From: a virus | Taxonomy: Duplodnaviria > Caudoviricetes | Direction: 5' to 3' (one strand) | IMG/VR virus record: IMGVR_UViG_3300027769_000037 | Span: 1 to 54,780 of that record | Length of the DNA: 54,780 bases | In this document: piece after piece, positions 18,349 to 28,200 of the stretch | Layout of the letters: every line of letters starts with the position of its first letter | Numbering within the stretch: position 1 is the stretch's first letter | Translations under genes and position numbers: made by a program | The notes under the pieces: generated by a model | The model's input: the letters and a program-made list of their open reading frames with translations, nothing else | Databases searched by the model: none | Told to the model about the DNA's origin: nothing

Positions 18349-21300
18349 TAACATATCTTTTTTCATATTTTAAAAAGATATTTGAATTTATTTTAAATTT
18401 ATTTAAGAAAGAAAATATGCCAACACATCCGTCTTTAAATTATGAAGTATGGGCAACATCTTGGACTTTGCCAGTAGAAGGAAATTTAAACAATTATCCG
18501 GCTTTCGTTCAATTAATAAGACCTCCTGATAATTTAGCAAATATTTATAGATCTGGTGCCGATTTAGGAGGTCTACCAGATTCAATGTGGTTATTCTATT
18601 CGAATATAGTACCCACGATACCAGTTGGTCGACGGGTATATTATAATCATTATTGGCAACTTGACGGTATGCCATCTCATCTCGATCAAACAAATTATTA
18701 CAAAAATACAGCAGACGGCGTCACATACACTGGAAGCATATCGGGATTTGGTGATGCTACTCCGTTGAAATTTACTTCCATATGGGGATTATCAGGAGCC
18801 AGTGATGGTAAAGTGTCATTTAAGCAGTTTTTGCAAAAGTGTTCATTATTTGGATTAACCTTTGATTACTTTTGGGATGATACTGAATCTTATGCATCAT
18901 ATGGTTTAAACTCTACTTATAATGCTTATGAAGGAAATTTTAATCAAAATGGTATACCAACTGACTTTCCTTCATATCTTTCTACACCAGATCCTAGAAG
19001 AACAAACGCAATATCAAATGATGCGAGATTTAATACTAACACTAGACTTAATATAAATGGTAAAAATTTTTCTACAGAATTCTTAGATAAATTTAAAGAC
19101 ATAACAAATAATCCAGCTGAAACTAGAACATCTCGACAGTTATTAAGTTACTATACAAATATTTCAACGAGGCAAGATTTTAGAGCACCATGGTCGCTTG
19201 TAGCTCCTGTTCCTACAGCAATAAATTCAATGTATGCTTTCAATTCTGCTCTCTATACTTACAATTTTGGCACTTTAAGAAAAACAACCATTGTTGATGC
19301 TATATCTGAATCTCAGACACCCAATGTAAAAATATATCAAACTGATTTATTTGCAACAAATAAAAATGAAGCAAAGTATGTCACAGATTTAAATACTCAT
19401 TATTTTATTCGTGATCCTATTCCGGGATATAATAGCTGTATGCATAACTATGGAGATTTTTCAGATTCGTTATATGATGTAGTTGGTTATATACCAAATG
19501 CTCAAACTGAAGAACAACAATATAGGCTACAAATAGGTGGAACTCAATTGGGTTCTCCTGCATACAATGCATTCGTAAAAGAAATTGCTAAATTAAGAGG
19601 AATGTTAAGATCTAATCCTCAAGCATATCAGGGATTTTTCTCAATTGTTAGCTCTCCTAGTTATTCTGGGGAAGGAAGACAGCTTTGGAAAGATACAAGA
19701 TACTGGTATGAATTGATGTATCATATTTGTTTGCATGGTGTTAATCATTTCAATGGTTTTTGGAAAACGGCATCAGAGGCAAATGAAGGATTAAATGCCT
19801 TGCAACAAGTTTTAGATAATTGGAAATTACAAAGTCAAAATAATAAAGCAATTCCAGCATCAAATTTAAATGGTGATATTAATACCTTAGTTGATAGAGT
19901 AAATCTAGAACAGGCTGCTACGCGAGGAGTAATTAGTGGTGGATATATACCTTCTATTAATAAATGGGTATGGAGATTAACTGCTACGCCTGGTATTTCA
20001 AATTATACACTGGAAAATTTAAATGCAGCAAATCAAAGTGATTTATCTATAAACATAACGATACCGGAAAATTCAAGAGGTGTTTGGATAGTCAGAAATA
20101 TTCCAGGTCAACCAAAATACATACAAGGAACAACGAATACCAACTTTATCGTAGAAACACCACAAGTAACTTTAACAACAAAACCAGCAGTTGTTTCAAA
20201 ATCTCCACTTTCTTCTTCTCCATACAATTCAAGAATTTTAATAACAGAAACTGAATTAAAACCAAATGCATTGTTGATTGGTGGAGTAAATCTACCAATA
20301 CCAGTTCCACCACAAGAACCAAATTTTGAGCAAAAATTTAATAAAGTATTTGATTACTTAATTAATCGCTATGAACCCTATTGGTCGAATGTAGATTTAG
20401 AAGTTGGAAAAGCACAGGCACAATCTGCGCTTGGGGTATCTGAAACAAGAAATCCATTCACAAATGTACCTTCATCAGAAGATGATTTATATAGATCTAG
20501 TGCTTATTTTTCTGAATGGTCTAGAGATGGGTGGTTTGATGTACTATCTCATCCTAAACTATTTGCAAATGCTGTAAAAAGTGCATATACTATATTTGAA
20601 AGATCTGCAAATCCAACAAATGCTAATAATAGATTTGTTGATTATAATTTAACATCAATAAATGCTCCAGATGTTTATTATAATTATGGTGGGGGTAGTA
20701 ATACATTTTTTGGTCTTTCTCCTAAATTTTTCTGGTATCCCGATCAAGTTGATGTATCTAATTCTTTTAGAGAAATAATGTCCAGAAGACTTTTTTCTAA
20801 TCATTCTGTTAATTATGCAAATAAGATAACAAGAACGGTTCTTCATAGTCCATATGGTAAATTTGGCGGTCCTATGAATTTAAATTCATATGGTGCCTGG
20901 AGAACTCTTCCTTGGATGAATGAATCATATATCGGTGAATCATTTAGATTTGAAGCTTATTTACTAGCTAGAGAAGAAACCACAACAAGAGATTTACTAA
21001 CAGATCCTAATAGAATAAGAAATGAAAATTCTGGTGTCGTAATAGATGGAGTTGGTGATACAGATCTTAACACTATTTACAGAAATAAGGTATTTTTACC
21101 AAGAACCGTTTCTCTTATCACTGAGGGTGGATATGGTAGAAATCAGATGGTTGGATATCAAGAAGATGTAACAGTTGGTTCACCTTGGATATCTTATCCT
21201 AATGGATTAACCTTTGCTGGATGGTATGGTCCTCAATCATCTTTTGCATTAAATTTTGATGTACGAACAAAAATAATGGATGATGGTTCTTCATTCCCAA

Positions 21301-22568
21301 TCACACCCCCAACGCTGAATAATCCTATAACATCTCCAGCCGGTATACCAGATGGGTCGCTAATTGGATTGTCATATGGTTATTCTAATAAATTAATAAA
21401 TTCATTGGACATGCTTTCCGCTGCATGGGGAGATAAAATAGAGTTTATAGCATATCTTGGTAATGTTCCATATGGCCCCACTATTGAGAACTATGTACCA
21501 TTAATGTTTTTTAAAGATCCAAAAATTCCAGAAAATATAAGATATATGAAATGGAGAATGGATGCCTCTGTTTCACACTGGAAATCAAAATTTAAATCCC
21601 CACATGATGGATTTGCTAAAGTTTTTGCTGATGCATCGGCAATTATTGATAGAACATATCACGAGTATGTTCCACCAACCTTGACTCAATGGAGAAGCGT
21701 AGATTTTACTGAAAATATTCCGGTGTCATGGGCTAGAGATCAGTATAATTATACATTTGGTAGATCTGGTCCAAATCCTGAAAAGGGAGTGGTGTTTGGA
21801 GTAGAAACTTTTGCTCATTATATGTTTAAGCATGATGCTTTTTATTTGGATTCTCAGAATACAGAACAAAGTAGATTCCAAGGTGATCCTGCGCCAAGAC
21901 ACTGGGCATTAGATGATGATATAGCAACAAATTTGTTTTCTTCTGGTTACGATTTACTAATAGGTCAAAGAAGACATGGAAAACAATACACTGATAGCAT
22001 ATGGAAAAGTAGTCCGTCTAGAAAAAAACTTGGAGAAGTATTTTCAAATGAGTTTGATTCTGGTAATCCAATCGGATATCCATTTTTTCATAACATCTTT
22101 ATTGAATTAAATCCACTTAGTAATACTTTACAGTGGAAAGATGTTCCAAACACAATATACGGTGATGGTTCGCGTGGTGTTCCTTGGATAAAAGATAGAC
22201 GATTTAGATTATTCTTTTTATATCCAACTTTATTAGCTTTAAATCTAACTGTCTTAGACAGCATGCATAATGGATTGTCTTATATACCAGCATGGTATAC
22301 TGGTCCAGATAGTGGATGGTTTGATATACGATTGGGTTCAAGATTTACTAGAGATATTGAATTAAATGCAAATTTACAACCATCTTCCTTTCCAATTTTA
22401 TCAGATTACCCATATATAAGAAAATTACCAGCAACACCTCCAGAAAACTATTTAACAGGAAACAAGGATACCTCTGAATTTGAACTGTTGTATGCCTGCA
22501 TGAAAGCTGGAATTACTCTTGGGTTAGATTCATTAGGATTTTCAGAACTATATCAACAATTACCATAA
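18345..22568 (+). CDS. large (about 1400 aa) aromatic-rich protein of unknown function, possibly virion/carbohydrate-active
   Basis: Long ORF; alternative ATG start at 18417; no recognised motif. Confidence 0.6.
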   Translation: MITYLFSYFKKIFEFILNLFKKENMPTHPSLNYEVWATSWTLPVEGNLNNYPAFVQLIRPPDNLANIYRSGADLGGLPDSMWLFYSNIVPTIPVGRRVYYNHYWQLDGMPSHLDQTNYYKNTADGVTYTGSISGFGDATPLKFTSIWGLSGASDGKVSFKQFLQKCSLFGLTFDYFWDDTESYASYGLNSTYNAYEGNFNQNGIPTDFPSYLSTPDPRRTNAISNDARFNTNTRLNINGKNFSTEFLDKFKDITNNPAETRTSRQLLSYYTNISTRQDFRAPWSLVAPVPTAINSMYAFNSALYTYNFGTLRKTTIVDAISESQTPNVKIYQTDLFATNKNEAKYVTDLNTHYFIRDPIPGYNSCMHNYGDFSDSLYDVVGYIPNAQTEEQQYRLQIGGTQLGSPAYNAFVKEIAKLRGMLRSNPQAYQGFFSIVSSPSYSGEGRQLWKDTRYWYELMYHICLHGVNHFNGFWKTASEANEGLNALQQVLDNWKLQSQNNKAIPASNLNGDINTLVDRVNLEQAATRGVISGGYIPSINKWVWRLTATPGISNYTLENLNAANQSDLSINITIPENSRGVWIVRNIPGQPKYIQGTTNTNFIVETPQVTLTTKPAVVSKSPLSSSPYNSRILITETELKPNALLIGGVNLPIPVPPQEPNFEQKFNKVFDYLINRYEPYWSNVDLEVGKAQAQSALGVSETRNPFTNVPSSEDDLYRSSAYFSEWSRDGWFDVLSHPKLFANAVKSAYTIFERSANPTNANNRFVDYNLTSINAPDVYYNYGGGSNTFFGLSPKFFWYPDQVDVSNSFREIMSRRLFSNHSVNYANKITRTVLHSPYGKFGGPMNLNSYGAWRTLPWMNESYIGESFRFEAYLLAREETTTRDLLTDPNRIRNENSGVVIDGVGDTDLNTIYRNKVFLPRTVSLITEGGYGRNQMVGYQEDVTVGSPWISYPNGLTFAGWYGPQSSFALNFDVRTKIMDDGSSFPITPPTLNNPITSPAGIPDGSLIGLSYGYSNKLINSLDMLSAAWGDKIEFIAYLGNVPYGPTIENYVPLMFFKDPKIPENIRYMKWRMDASVSHWKSKFKSPHDGFAKVFADASAIIDRTYHEYVPPTLTQWRSVDFTENIPVSWARDQYNYTFGRSGPNPEKGVVFGVETFAHYMFKHDAFYLDSQNTEQSRFQGDPAPRHWALDDDIATNLFSSGYDLLIGQRRHGKQYTDSIWKSSPSRKKLGEVFSNEFDSGNPIGYPFFHNIFIELNPLSNTLQWKDVPNTIYGDGSRGVPWIKDRRFRLFFLYPTLLALNLTVLDSMHNGLSYIPAWYTGPDSGWFDIRLGSRFTRDIELNANLQPSSFPILSDYPYIRKLPATPPENYLTGNKDTSEFELLYACMKAGITLGLDSLGFSELYQQLP

Positions 22569-22576
22569 ATAGTAGT

Positions 22577-23128
22577 ATGATAATAGCCGGTATAGATTAT
22601 TCGTTAAATGGTCCTGCTATATGTGTTTTTAATGGTAATGATTTCTCATTCAATAAATGTAATTTTTATTATTTGACAGACACACAAAAATATTCTAAAA
22701 CATTTTTAACAAATATTCATGGTGAATCGTTCAAAGATTATGATGGAGATTGCGAACGATATGATACAATCTCTGACTGGGTTTTAAGAATTTGCTCGGG
22801 TGTCGATCAAGTTGCTCTTGAAGGATACGCCTATAACGCCACCGGAAGAGTATTTAATATAGCAGAGAACACAGGTGTATTGAAATATAAATTATATCAG
22901 CAAAGAATTCCTGTTGAAATAGTAGAACCAACTCATGTTAAAAAATATGCAACGGGCAAAGGAAATGCTGATAAAGAGTTGATGGTTAATACTTTTTACC
23001 TTGATACAGGATTTGATCTTCCTGATATTATTACACCATCAAAGGGGAAATTATCTAGCCCAGTTACAGATATTGTGGACTCATATTATATTTGTAAATA
23101 TCTTTTTAAGACTATATCTGACACATAA
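22577..23128 (+). CDS. RuvC-like Holliday junction resolvase
   Basis: IAGIDYS, LEGYAY, VKKYATGKGNADK, DIVDSY; preceded by CATAAATA late-type motif. Confidence 0.85.
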   Translation: MIIAGIDYSLNGPAICVFNGNDFSFNKCNFYYLTDTQKYSKTFLTNIHGESFKDYDGDCERYDTISDWVLRICSGVDQVALEGYAYNATGRVFNIAENTGVLKYKLYQQRIPVEIVEPTHVKKYATGKGNADKELMVNTFYLDTGFDLPDIITPSKGKLSSPVTDIVDSYYICKYLFKTISDT

Positions 23129-23179
23129 AAGAAACAACTCCCTCACGGGAGTTGTCGGACCTAAGATTCTATCTTAGGT
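23127..23179. terminator. twin hairpins between convergent modules
   Basis: ACAACTCCC-TCAC-GGGAGTTGT (23134-23155; T-tract on minus strand) and ACCTAAGAT-TCT-ATCTTAGGT (23159-23179). Confidence 0.7.
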
Positions 23180-23183
23180 GGGG

Positions 23184-23426
23184 CTATTTTTTTGTGATTG
23201 CCTTATCTTGAGTAACGAATGATGGTGGAACCACATACCACCCTTCATTCAAATTCACGCTGTTATCACTCAACATCCATTCGCCATTTTGTAGAGTATA
23301 GACTCTAGTTTTTGTGTTAGGGCCCAGTCGGACCGGACTGCCCTCCTGAACTAACACTGTTTTGCTGCAACCAGGAATCAATCCTAGAACCAGCGAGGCG
23401 AAGACGATCAACATCCAAGTCCGCAT
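23184..23426 (-). CDS. putative o-spanin (lipoprotein)
   Basis: MRTWMLIVFASLVLGLIPG-C lipoprotein signal; starts inside the preceding TM gene in another frame. Confidence 0.65.
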   Translation of the reverse strand: MRTWMLIVFASLVLGLIPGCSKTVLVQEGSPVRLGPNTKTRVYTLQNGEWMLSDNSVNLNEGWYVVPPSFVTQDKAITKK

Positions 23427-23511
23427 CAACCGCAATTTTACCATTTTCAATGCGTTTCTCCAACCATGATATTAAAAATATTATTAAATTTGCTACTATT
23501 TTTTCTAACAT
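23317..23511 (-). CDS. putative i-spanin (short)
   Basis: N-terminal hydrophobic segment IVANLIIFLISWL; overlaps the lipoprotein gene; TAATG-coupled to the holin. Confidence 0.55.
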   Translation of the reverse strand: MLEKIVANLIIFLISWLEKRIENGKIAVDADLDVDRLRLAGSRIDSWLQQNSVSSGGQSGPTGP

Positions 23512-23690
23512 TAAGCGTTATTCTTGGCATCTTTAGCCATGATTAAACCTACGCCTGCAATTACAGCAGCAACTGTTGTGGCGATATCAACGGAAGTTGC
23601 AGCATCACCATCAAAATAAGCTTTTAGAGCTGCACCTACTGCTACGAGAATTGCACCGATACCTGCGATTGTTGTATTTCTGTTTTCCAT
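23511..23690 (-). CDS. putative 2-TM holin (59 aa, not in ORF track)
   Basis: MENRNTTIAGIGAILVAVGAALKAYFDGDAATSVDIATTVAAVIAGVGLIMAKDAKNNA; AGGAG SD; TATATATA upstream. Confidence 0.65.
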   Translation of the reverse strand: MENRNTTIAGIGAILVAVGAALKAYFDGDAATSVDIATTVAAVIAGVGLIMAKDAKNNA

Positions 23691-23720
23691 ATAATACTCC
23701 TTTACTAATATATATATGCT

Positions 23721-25973
23721 TTATGGTTTCTTATGATTCTTATAACCTCTAAATCCTATGTCTTTAGATGGGATAAATTCGTCTTTTTTTGGTTCTTTTT
23801 TGGGTTCTTGTGGTTTACCAGATGGTTTTCTTTCGTCTTTACGGGGGGTAGGATTGTCTCCAACGGGTTGCCCACGACCGACAGGGGGTACGGAACCTTC
23901 TTTTAGTCCTTGTAGTCTTTTAATTGCTTTTTGTATTCTTGCTTTTCTAGCATTCCCCAAAGCACCACCTCTAGAAGATAAGATCCCAGTTAGTCGGTTT
24001 AATCTCTCTTGTCTTTGTTTTTTAATATTTTCTTCGGTTTCTGTTCTTTTTTCTCTTGCCTGGACAATATTATGCATAGTTCTCAATAAAAATGGAATTG
24101 CAGATCCACTGCTATTAGGTGATTGCGATAGTCCACCTATTCTTTTATTGCCATGATAAATTAAAATATGTTTACTTCCACGATCAACTGTGAACCCATG
24201 TTTTTTAGCTGCTGCAATTACATCTTTTTGTTTTGCATTTACTGCTGATAATCCGAGATATGTTTTTGTACCAGAACCTTTTCTTTCTTCCGCTTCATTT
24301 AATTTCAACCATAGTTTTTTTAAATATCCAATTCTTTTCTTTCTCTTACGAACTATGGTATCCTCTGGTTTGCCAGGAGTCACACCAGTAACTGCACCCG
24401 ATGATGCCGTCATTGCTCCCCCTGACATTTCTTCTTGAACGGGACCAAATCTTATTAATGAATTTGCTCTATTCTTTGCCGAGAATCCACCCAATCCTTC
24501 ACGGGTAAGTTTAGCTAATGTTTCTCCGTGGAAATTAGAAACCACTCCTTCATGCTCGTGACCCTCATGTGGAACAAGTGAGTGACTTCCGTGATGCTCT
24601 GCTATTTGATCTAACATATGATGTTTTGCGGTTGCCAAGTGATCGTGATGTTTTAATAATCCAGAAATTAAATGTTTATTATTTTTAATATGCTCTTCAA
24701 TGTGATTAATTAATTTAACTCTAGATTTTTCAGATAATTTAGATTGAGTTGGTTTTGACATATAACCTTTTGAAGTTTTTAAACTAGATAATGGTTTATG
24801 CAAGTAGCGAAGCATAGATCTTACATTTCTTTTAGCACCAGTTGCAACAGTTTCATTTGAGAACTCTTGTAAGAATTTAGAAAAATGTTTATCACCCGAT
24901 ATAGAGGAGGCGTATGATGCCACTTCTGGAGTTAATTCTTTTTTTGCCTTACTTATTGCATGTGAAATAGCTTTTGCACGATGAGCATTTAATTTAATAC
25001 TGCCAGATTTTAATGTGAGATTTGGTGTATAGACATTTGGATGTGCTAGTTGCTTGTGATCGACACTTTGTTGTTTTTCCCATTTATTGGTATCTGAATT
25101 GTGAATCAGATGCCCATGTACTGCAATACCAACATCATGTTTTGTTGCCTTATATGGAATTGTATTAGGCTGTGCGGTTTTATCTTTTAACTGATCTCTA
25201 TGAGCCCAAAGTAAATCGCCTTGGAATATATGACCGGATTTTATATTCATTCCCTTTGCATGATGTAATAGTCTTTTTACATCGGAAACCCACGGCGCAT
25301 CGTGTTTGTCTAATTCATCTTCGGTGAATAATTTTCCATTTTTATAACCAGCAACAAGACGACCATGTTTATCTTTACCCCAAGTAGCACTCACTCCACC
25401 ATCTGCTTTTATATCCACACTATGTCCATGTGTTTCTTTTCCATGAAACCAATCATTCATAGCCTGCATGTGTTTTATGCCAAGATATGGATCTACTTTC
25501 TTTTGTTTTGTTTTTTTATCTTCGTATGCATTGTATGACCAATCAGCAGCATGAGTCATATGACCAGTTAATTTACTTTTTAAATCATCTACCTCTTCTG
25601 GTGTTTGACTCTCATTTAATAACATCGTTTCTCCTATATATTCTTCTAATTCTTTTTTAACATTATCTGGATCTTCGCCATACTGTTCAGCTAGCAAAGA
25701 AATTCCGGTAGTCAGATAATTTAATCTTGCTTTAATTGATGGATCTGGAATTTTGTTAAGCAATACTTTTAAATTTATAATAAGTCTATCAAATACACTT
25801 ATTTTTCCTTCAGGATTCATAATATAGTTACCACGCATATCAATTACACCAGATCTAAATGCTTGCATATCTTTAAAATCTGTAGTTATAGCTTTGATAA
25901 ATTTATAAACAGTAAATGAATTTACTACTCTATTTAATTCTCTTGAAGTTGCTTTTCTTCTATAATTCTTCAT
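23721..25973 (-). CDS. multi-domain probable head/internal protein (conserved T4-like N-domain, DUF6267-like middle, HicA-like module)
   Basis: Domains separated by LLNE/VQEE/LNEAEE/LKE; AKKHGFTVDRGSKHILIYH resembles HicA. Confidence 0.55.
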   Translation of the reverse strand: MKNYRRKATSRELNRVVNSFTVYKFIKAITTDFKDMQAFRSGVIDMRGNYIMNPEGKISVFDRLIINLKVLLNKIPDPSIKARLNYLTTGISLLAEQYGEDPDNVKKELEEYIGETMLLNESQTPEEVDDLKSKLTGHMTHAADWSYNAYEDKKTKQKKVDPYLGIKHMQAMNDWFHGKETHGHSVDIKADGGVSATWGKDKHGRLVAGYKNGKLFTEDELDKHDAPWVSDVKRLLHHAKGMNIKSGHIFQGDLLWAHRDQLKDKTAQPNTIPYKATKHDVGIAVHGHLIHNSDTNKWEKQQSVDHKQLAHPNVYTPNLTLKSGSIKLNAHRAKAISHAISKAKKELTPEVASYASSISGDKHFSKFLQEFSNETVATGAKRNVRSMLRYLHKPLSSLKTSKGYMSKPTQSKLSEKSRVKLINHIEEHIKNNKHLISGLLKHHDHLATAKHHMLDQIAEHHGSHSLVPHEGHEHEGVVSNFHGETLAKLTREGLGGFSAKNRANSLIRFGPVQEEMSGGAMTASSGAVTGVTPGKPEDTIVRKRKKRIGYLKKLWLKLNEAEERKGSGTKTYLGLSAVNAKQKDVIAAAKKHGFTVDRGSKHILIYHGNKRIGGLSQSPNSSGSAIPFLLRTMHNIVQAREKRTETEENIKKQRQERLNRLTGILSSRGGALGNARKARIQKAIKRLQGLKEGSVPPVGRGQPVGDNPTPRKDERKPSGKPQEPKKEPKKDEFIPSKDIGFRGYKNHKKP

Positions 25974-26347
25974 TTTAATTCTCTTAAAATTTTATCAATT
26001 CTATGATCTTGTTGTATACTTTCAATGTCAATTTCTGGACAATATACTGGTAAATATTTTAAATAATCTAAAAATGATTTTAAAATAGGATGTAAATCAG
26101 AATTTAATTTAAATGCCAGTATTCTAACTGTTGCCTCTACACCAAAAATATTTTGAAGTATTATTATGTGGTTTAACACTAATCTTTCTTTTAACTCTCC
26201 ACCTTTTTTAAATCTTAGTAACAATCTTTTGATATATTTAATTCTACTTAGATCTTCATAAAATTCAGTTATACTAATACAACTTGGATTGTTATACATC
26301 TTTGTTGCATATAAAATGAAGTTTTCATTATTTAATTTATTTTTCAT
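25970..26347 (-). CDS. conserved T4-like hypothetical protein (DUF7207-like)
   Basis: LNNENFILYATKMYNNPSC..EFYEDLSRIKYIKRLL...ERLVLNHII. Confidence 0.75.
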   Translation of the reverse strand: MKNKLNNENFILYATKMYNNPSCISITEFYEDLSRIKYIKRLLLRFKKGGELKERLVLNHIIILQNIFGVEATVRILAFKLNSDLHPILKSFLDYLKYLPVYCPEIDIESIQQDHRIDKILRELK

Positions 26348-27587
26348 TTAAAGGATTTTTCAAAATTACGAAGAAGATCATTTACCACTCTTGCTTTTTC
26401 AATTTGAGATAAAGTTACTTTTTTATCCCCAGAATTCATTTCTCTCAATGCATAATTGACAACATAATACAAATGTTTCGCACCTACATCTTTATTATAT
26501 TTATTCTTTTCTTTTAGCTTTTTTAGAGTGTTATAAATGGGCATTAATACTTTATTTTTTATATTTTTATTTCTCATTATAAAATGCTCCACCACTCTTG
26601 GTTCATCCGTAGATTCATTTATTCTCTTTTTTACAGAAGATTTAAATTTACTAAATTTGTCTTTAAACTTAGCCAAAGAAGAAACAGGACTCAATGAATA
26701 TGGTTGAGTCTCTGGTTCTTTTTTAATTTCTTCTGGAGAGGATTGTGCTGGTTTTTCTTTTGAAGCAAAAATTCTTTTTGCAGCTTCACCCGCTATTATT
26801 GGTAATACTGTTCTACCAACTCCTATCAAGATTGGAGCAAGCGCGGCAAATTCATTCAGTTTTTTTTTTCTTCGTAAACTGGCGAATCTTCTCCCATTTT
26901 ACCTGATCGAAGTTTTTTAATATATTTAATTCTTTTTTGTCTTGGTGAGAGTTTACCGTCTTCACCAACCGAACCTTGTTCTGAATTGGGTGATACTGCA
27001 TTTTTTACTGCACCCGCAGCAGATGCTACTGCACCCACTGCTCTAGCTCCTTGAATTATTGTAGGTAAAGCGGCCGAGAGTGCTGGTAAAAACTCATTTA
27101 ATTGTTCTTCATTTAAGCTATCAAGAATAAGTTTACCATTCATATAACACATTTCTGTGTTCTTGTCATGGGTATAATTTATTATCATAGTCATTGAAGG
27201 TAGATCTTCCCCACGATCAAATCCTTTCATTAGATCTGTAGTGGGAGTAGTTCCAAAGGTATCTCCGTGAAGTTTTACCTTGATTCGATTTTCTCCCTCT
27301 ACTAACTCTTTTTCCGAATCAAAATCTAAACCAATGTGGTTCAACCGGACACGAAGTTCTCGTAGAGCAAACTTATAGTCACCAGCTAAATATGAACCAG
27401 CGAGGAATTTATTTAAAAAGGCATTTATTCTGCTAACAGTATTACCTTCACCTACACGAAATCCACCAAATGAATCGCCATCCACTCTACGCTTTTCTCC
27501 AGCTCCTGTACCAAAGCCTGGGGGATATCCTTCGATTCCTTCGGCAGCTTCTTCTAGATTCTTATAAAGGTCTTTAAATTTCTTCAT
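26344..27587 (-). CDS. probable single gene interrupted by a -1 frameshift at an A10 tract (ORFs 26856-27587 and 26344-26859)
   Basis: A AAA AAC TGA ends ORF1. The -1 frame reads KLNEFAALAPIL, paralogous to QLNEFLPALSAAL in ORF1. ORF2 has no good start. Confidence 0.7.
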
Positions 27588-27603
27588 TTTATTCTCCGTT
27601 ATA

Positions 27604-28200
27604 TTATTTATTCTTTTTCCATTCTATGTATGTGCAATATCTGTGTTTGGCATTCTCCTCCGTGTCTTTACCCTTGATTGCCTTGATTCCCTTGACATTT
27701 TTAGCACATTTATCCCTAGAGCTGCGCATTTTCTTTGACATTTTACCTTTGTGTTCTTTGTTTACCACTTCTTCGCTGACAGGAACACAATTTGGGACTT
27801 TTCTTCCACCTTTTTTCTTCATTCCTATTGCTTCATATCCCTTCCAACAGGCTTTTTTCAGGGATTCTATCAAAGATTTTTTGAATGGTGAATATCCCTC
27901 ACAGTTCCATTTGCGAAGAGATTTATTAATTCTTGAATTTGGATCGCGTGCTGTTTTAGCACTGGTTAGTTTTCTCTTCATTCCTTTCATTCTTCGGCAG
28001 AAAGATAGACGCCTTTTTGCTTTCTTGGAGCCCTTCTTTAATTTACTAGGTTTTTCGGTAACAGCAGTTTGAAGTTTAGAGCCTGGATTTTCTCTTCTAT
28101 AAGAGGCAACACCCTTTTTATTCAAACCGCCTTTTGGGTCTTTACCTTCTTTTCTTTGCCATGCCGCTGATTTTTCTAGTAGTAATTTAATTATGCTCAT
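27604..28200 (-). CDS. DUF6321-like basic protein (probable internal head protein)
   Basis: AAWQRKEGKDPKGGLN...RRLSFCRRM...SLRKWNC plus CWKGY...VPNCVP module. Confidence 0.75.
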   Translation of the reverse strand: MSIIKLLLEKSAAWQRKEGKDPKGGLNKKGVASYRRENPGSKLQTAVTEKPSKLKKGSKKAKRRLSFCRRMKGMKRKLTSAKTARDPNSRINKSLRKWNCEGYSPFKKSLIESLKKACWKGYEAIGMKKKGGRKVPNCVPVSEEVVNKEHKGKMSKKMRSSRDKCAKNVKGIKAIKGKDTEENAKHRYCTYIEWKKNK

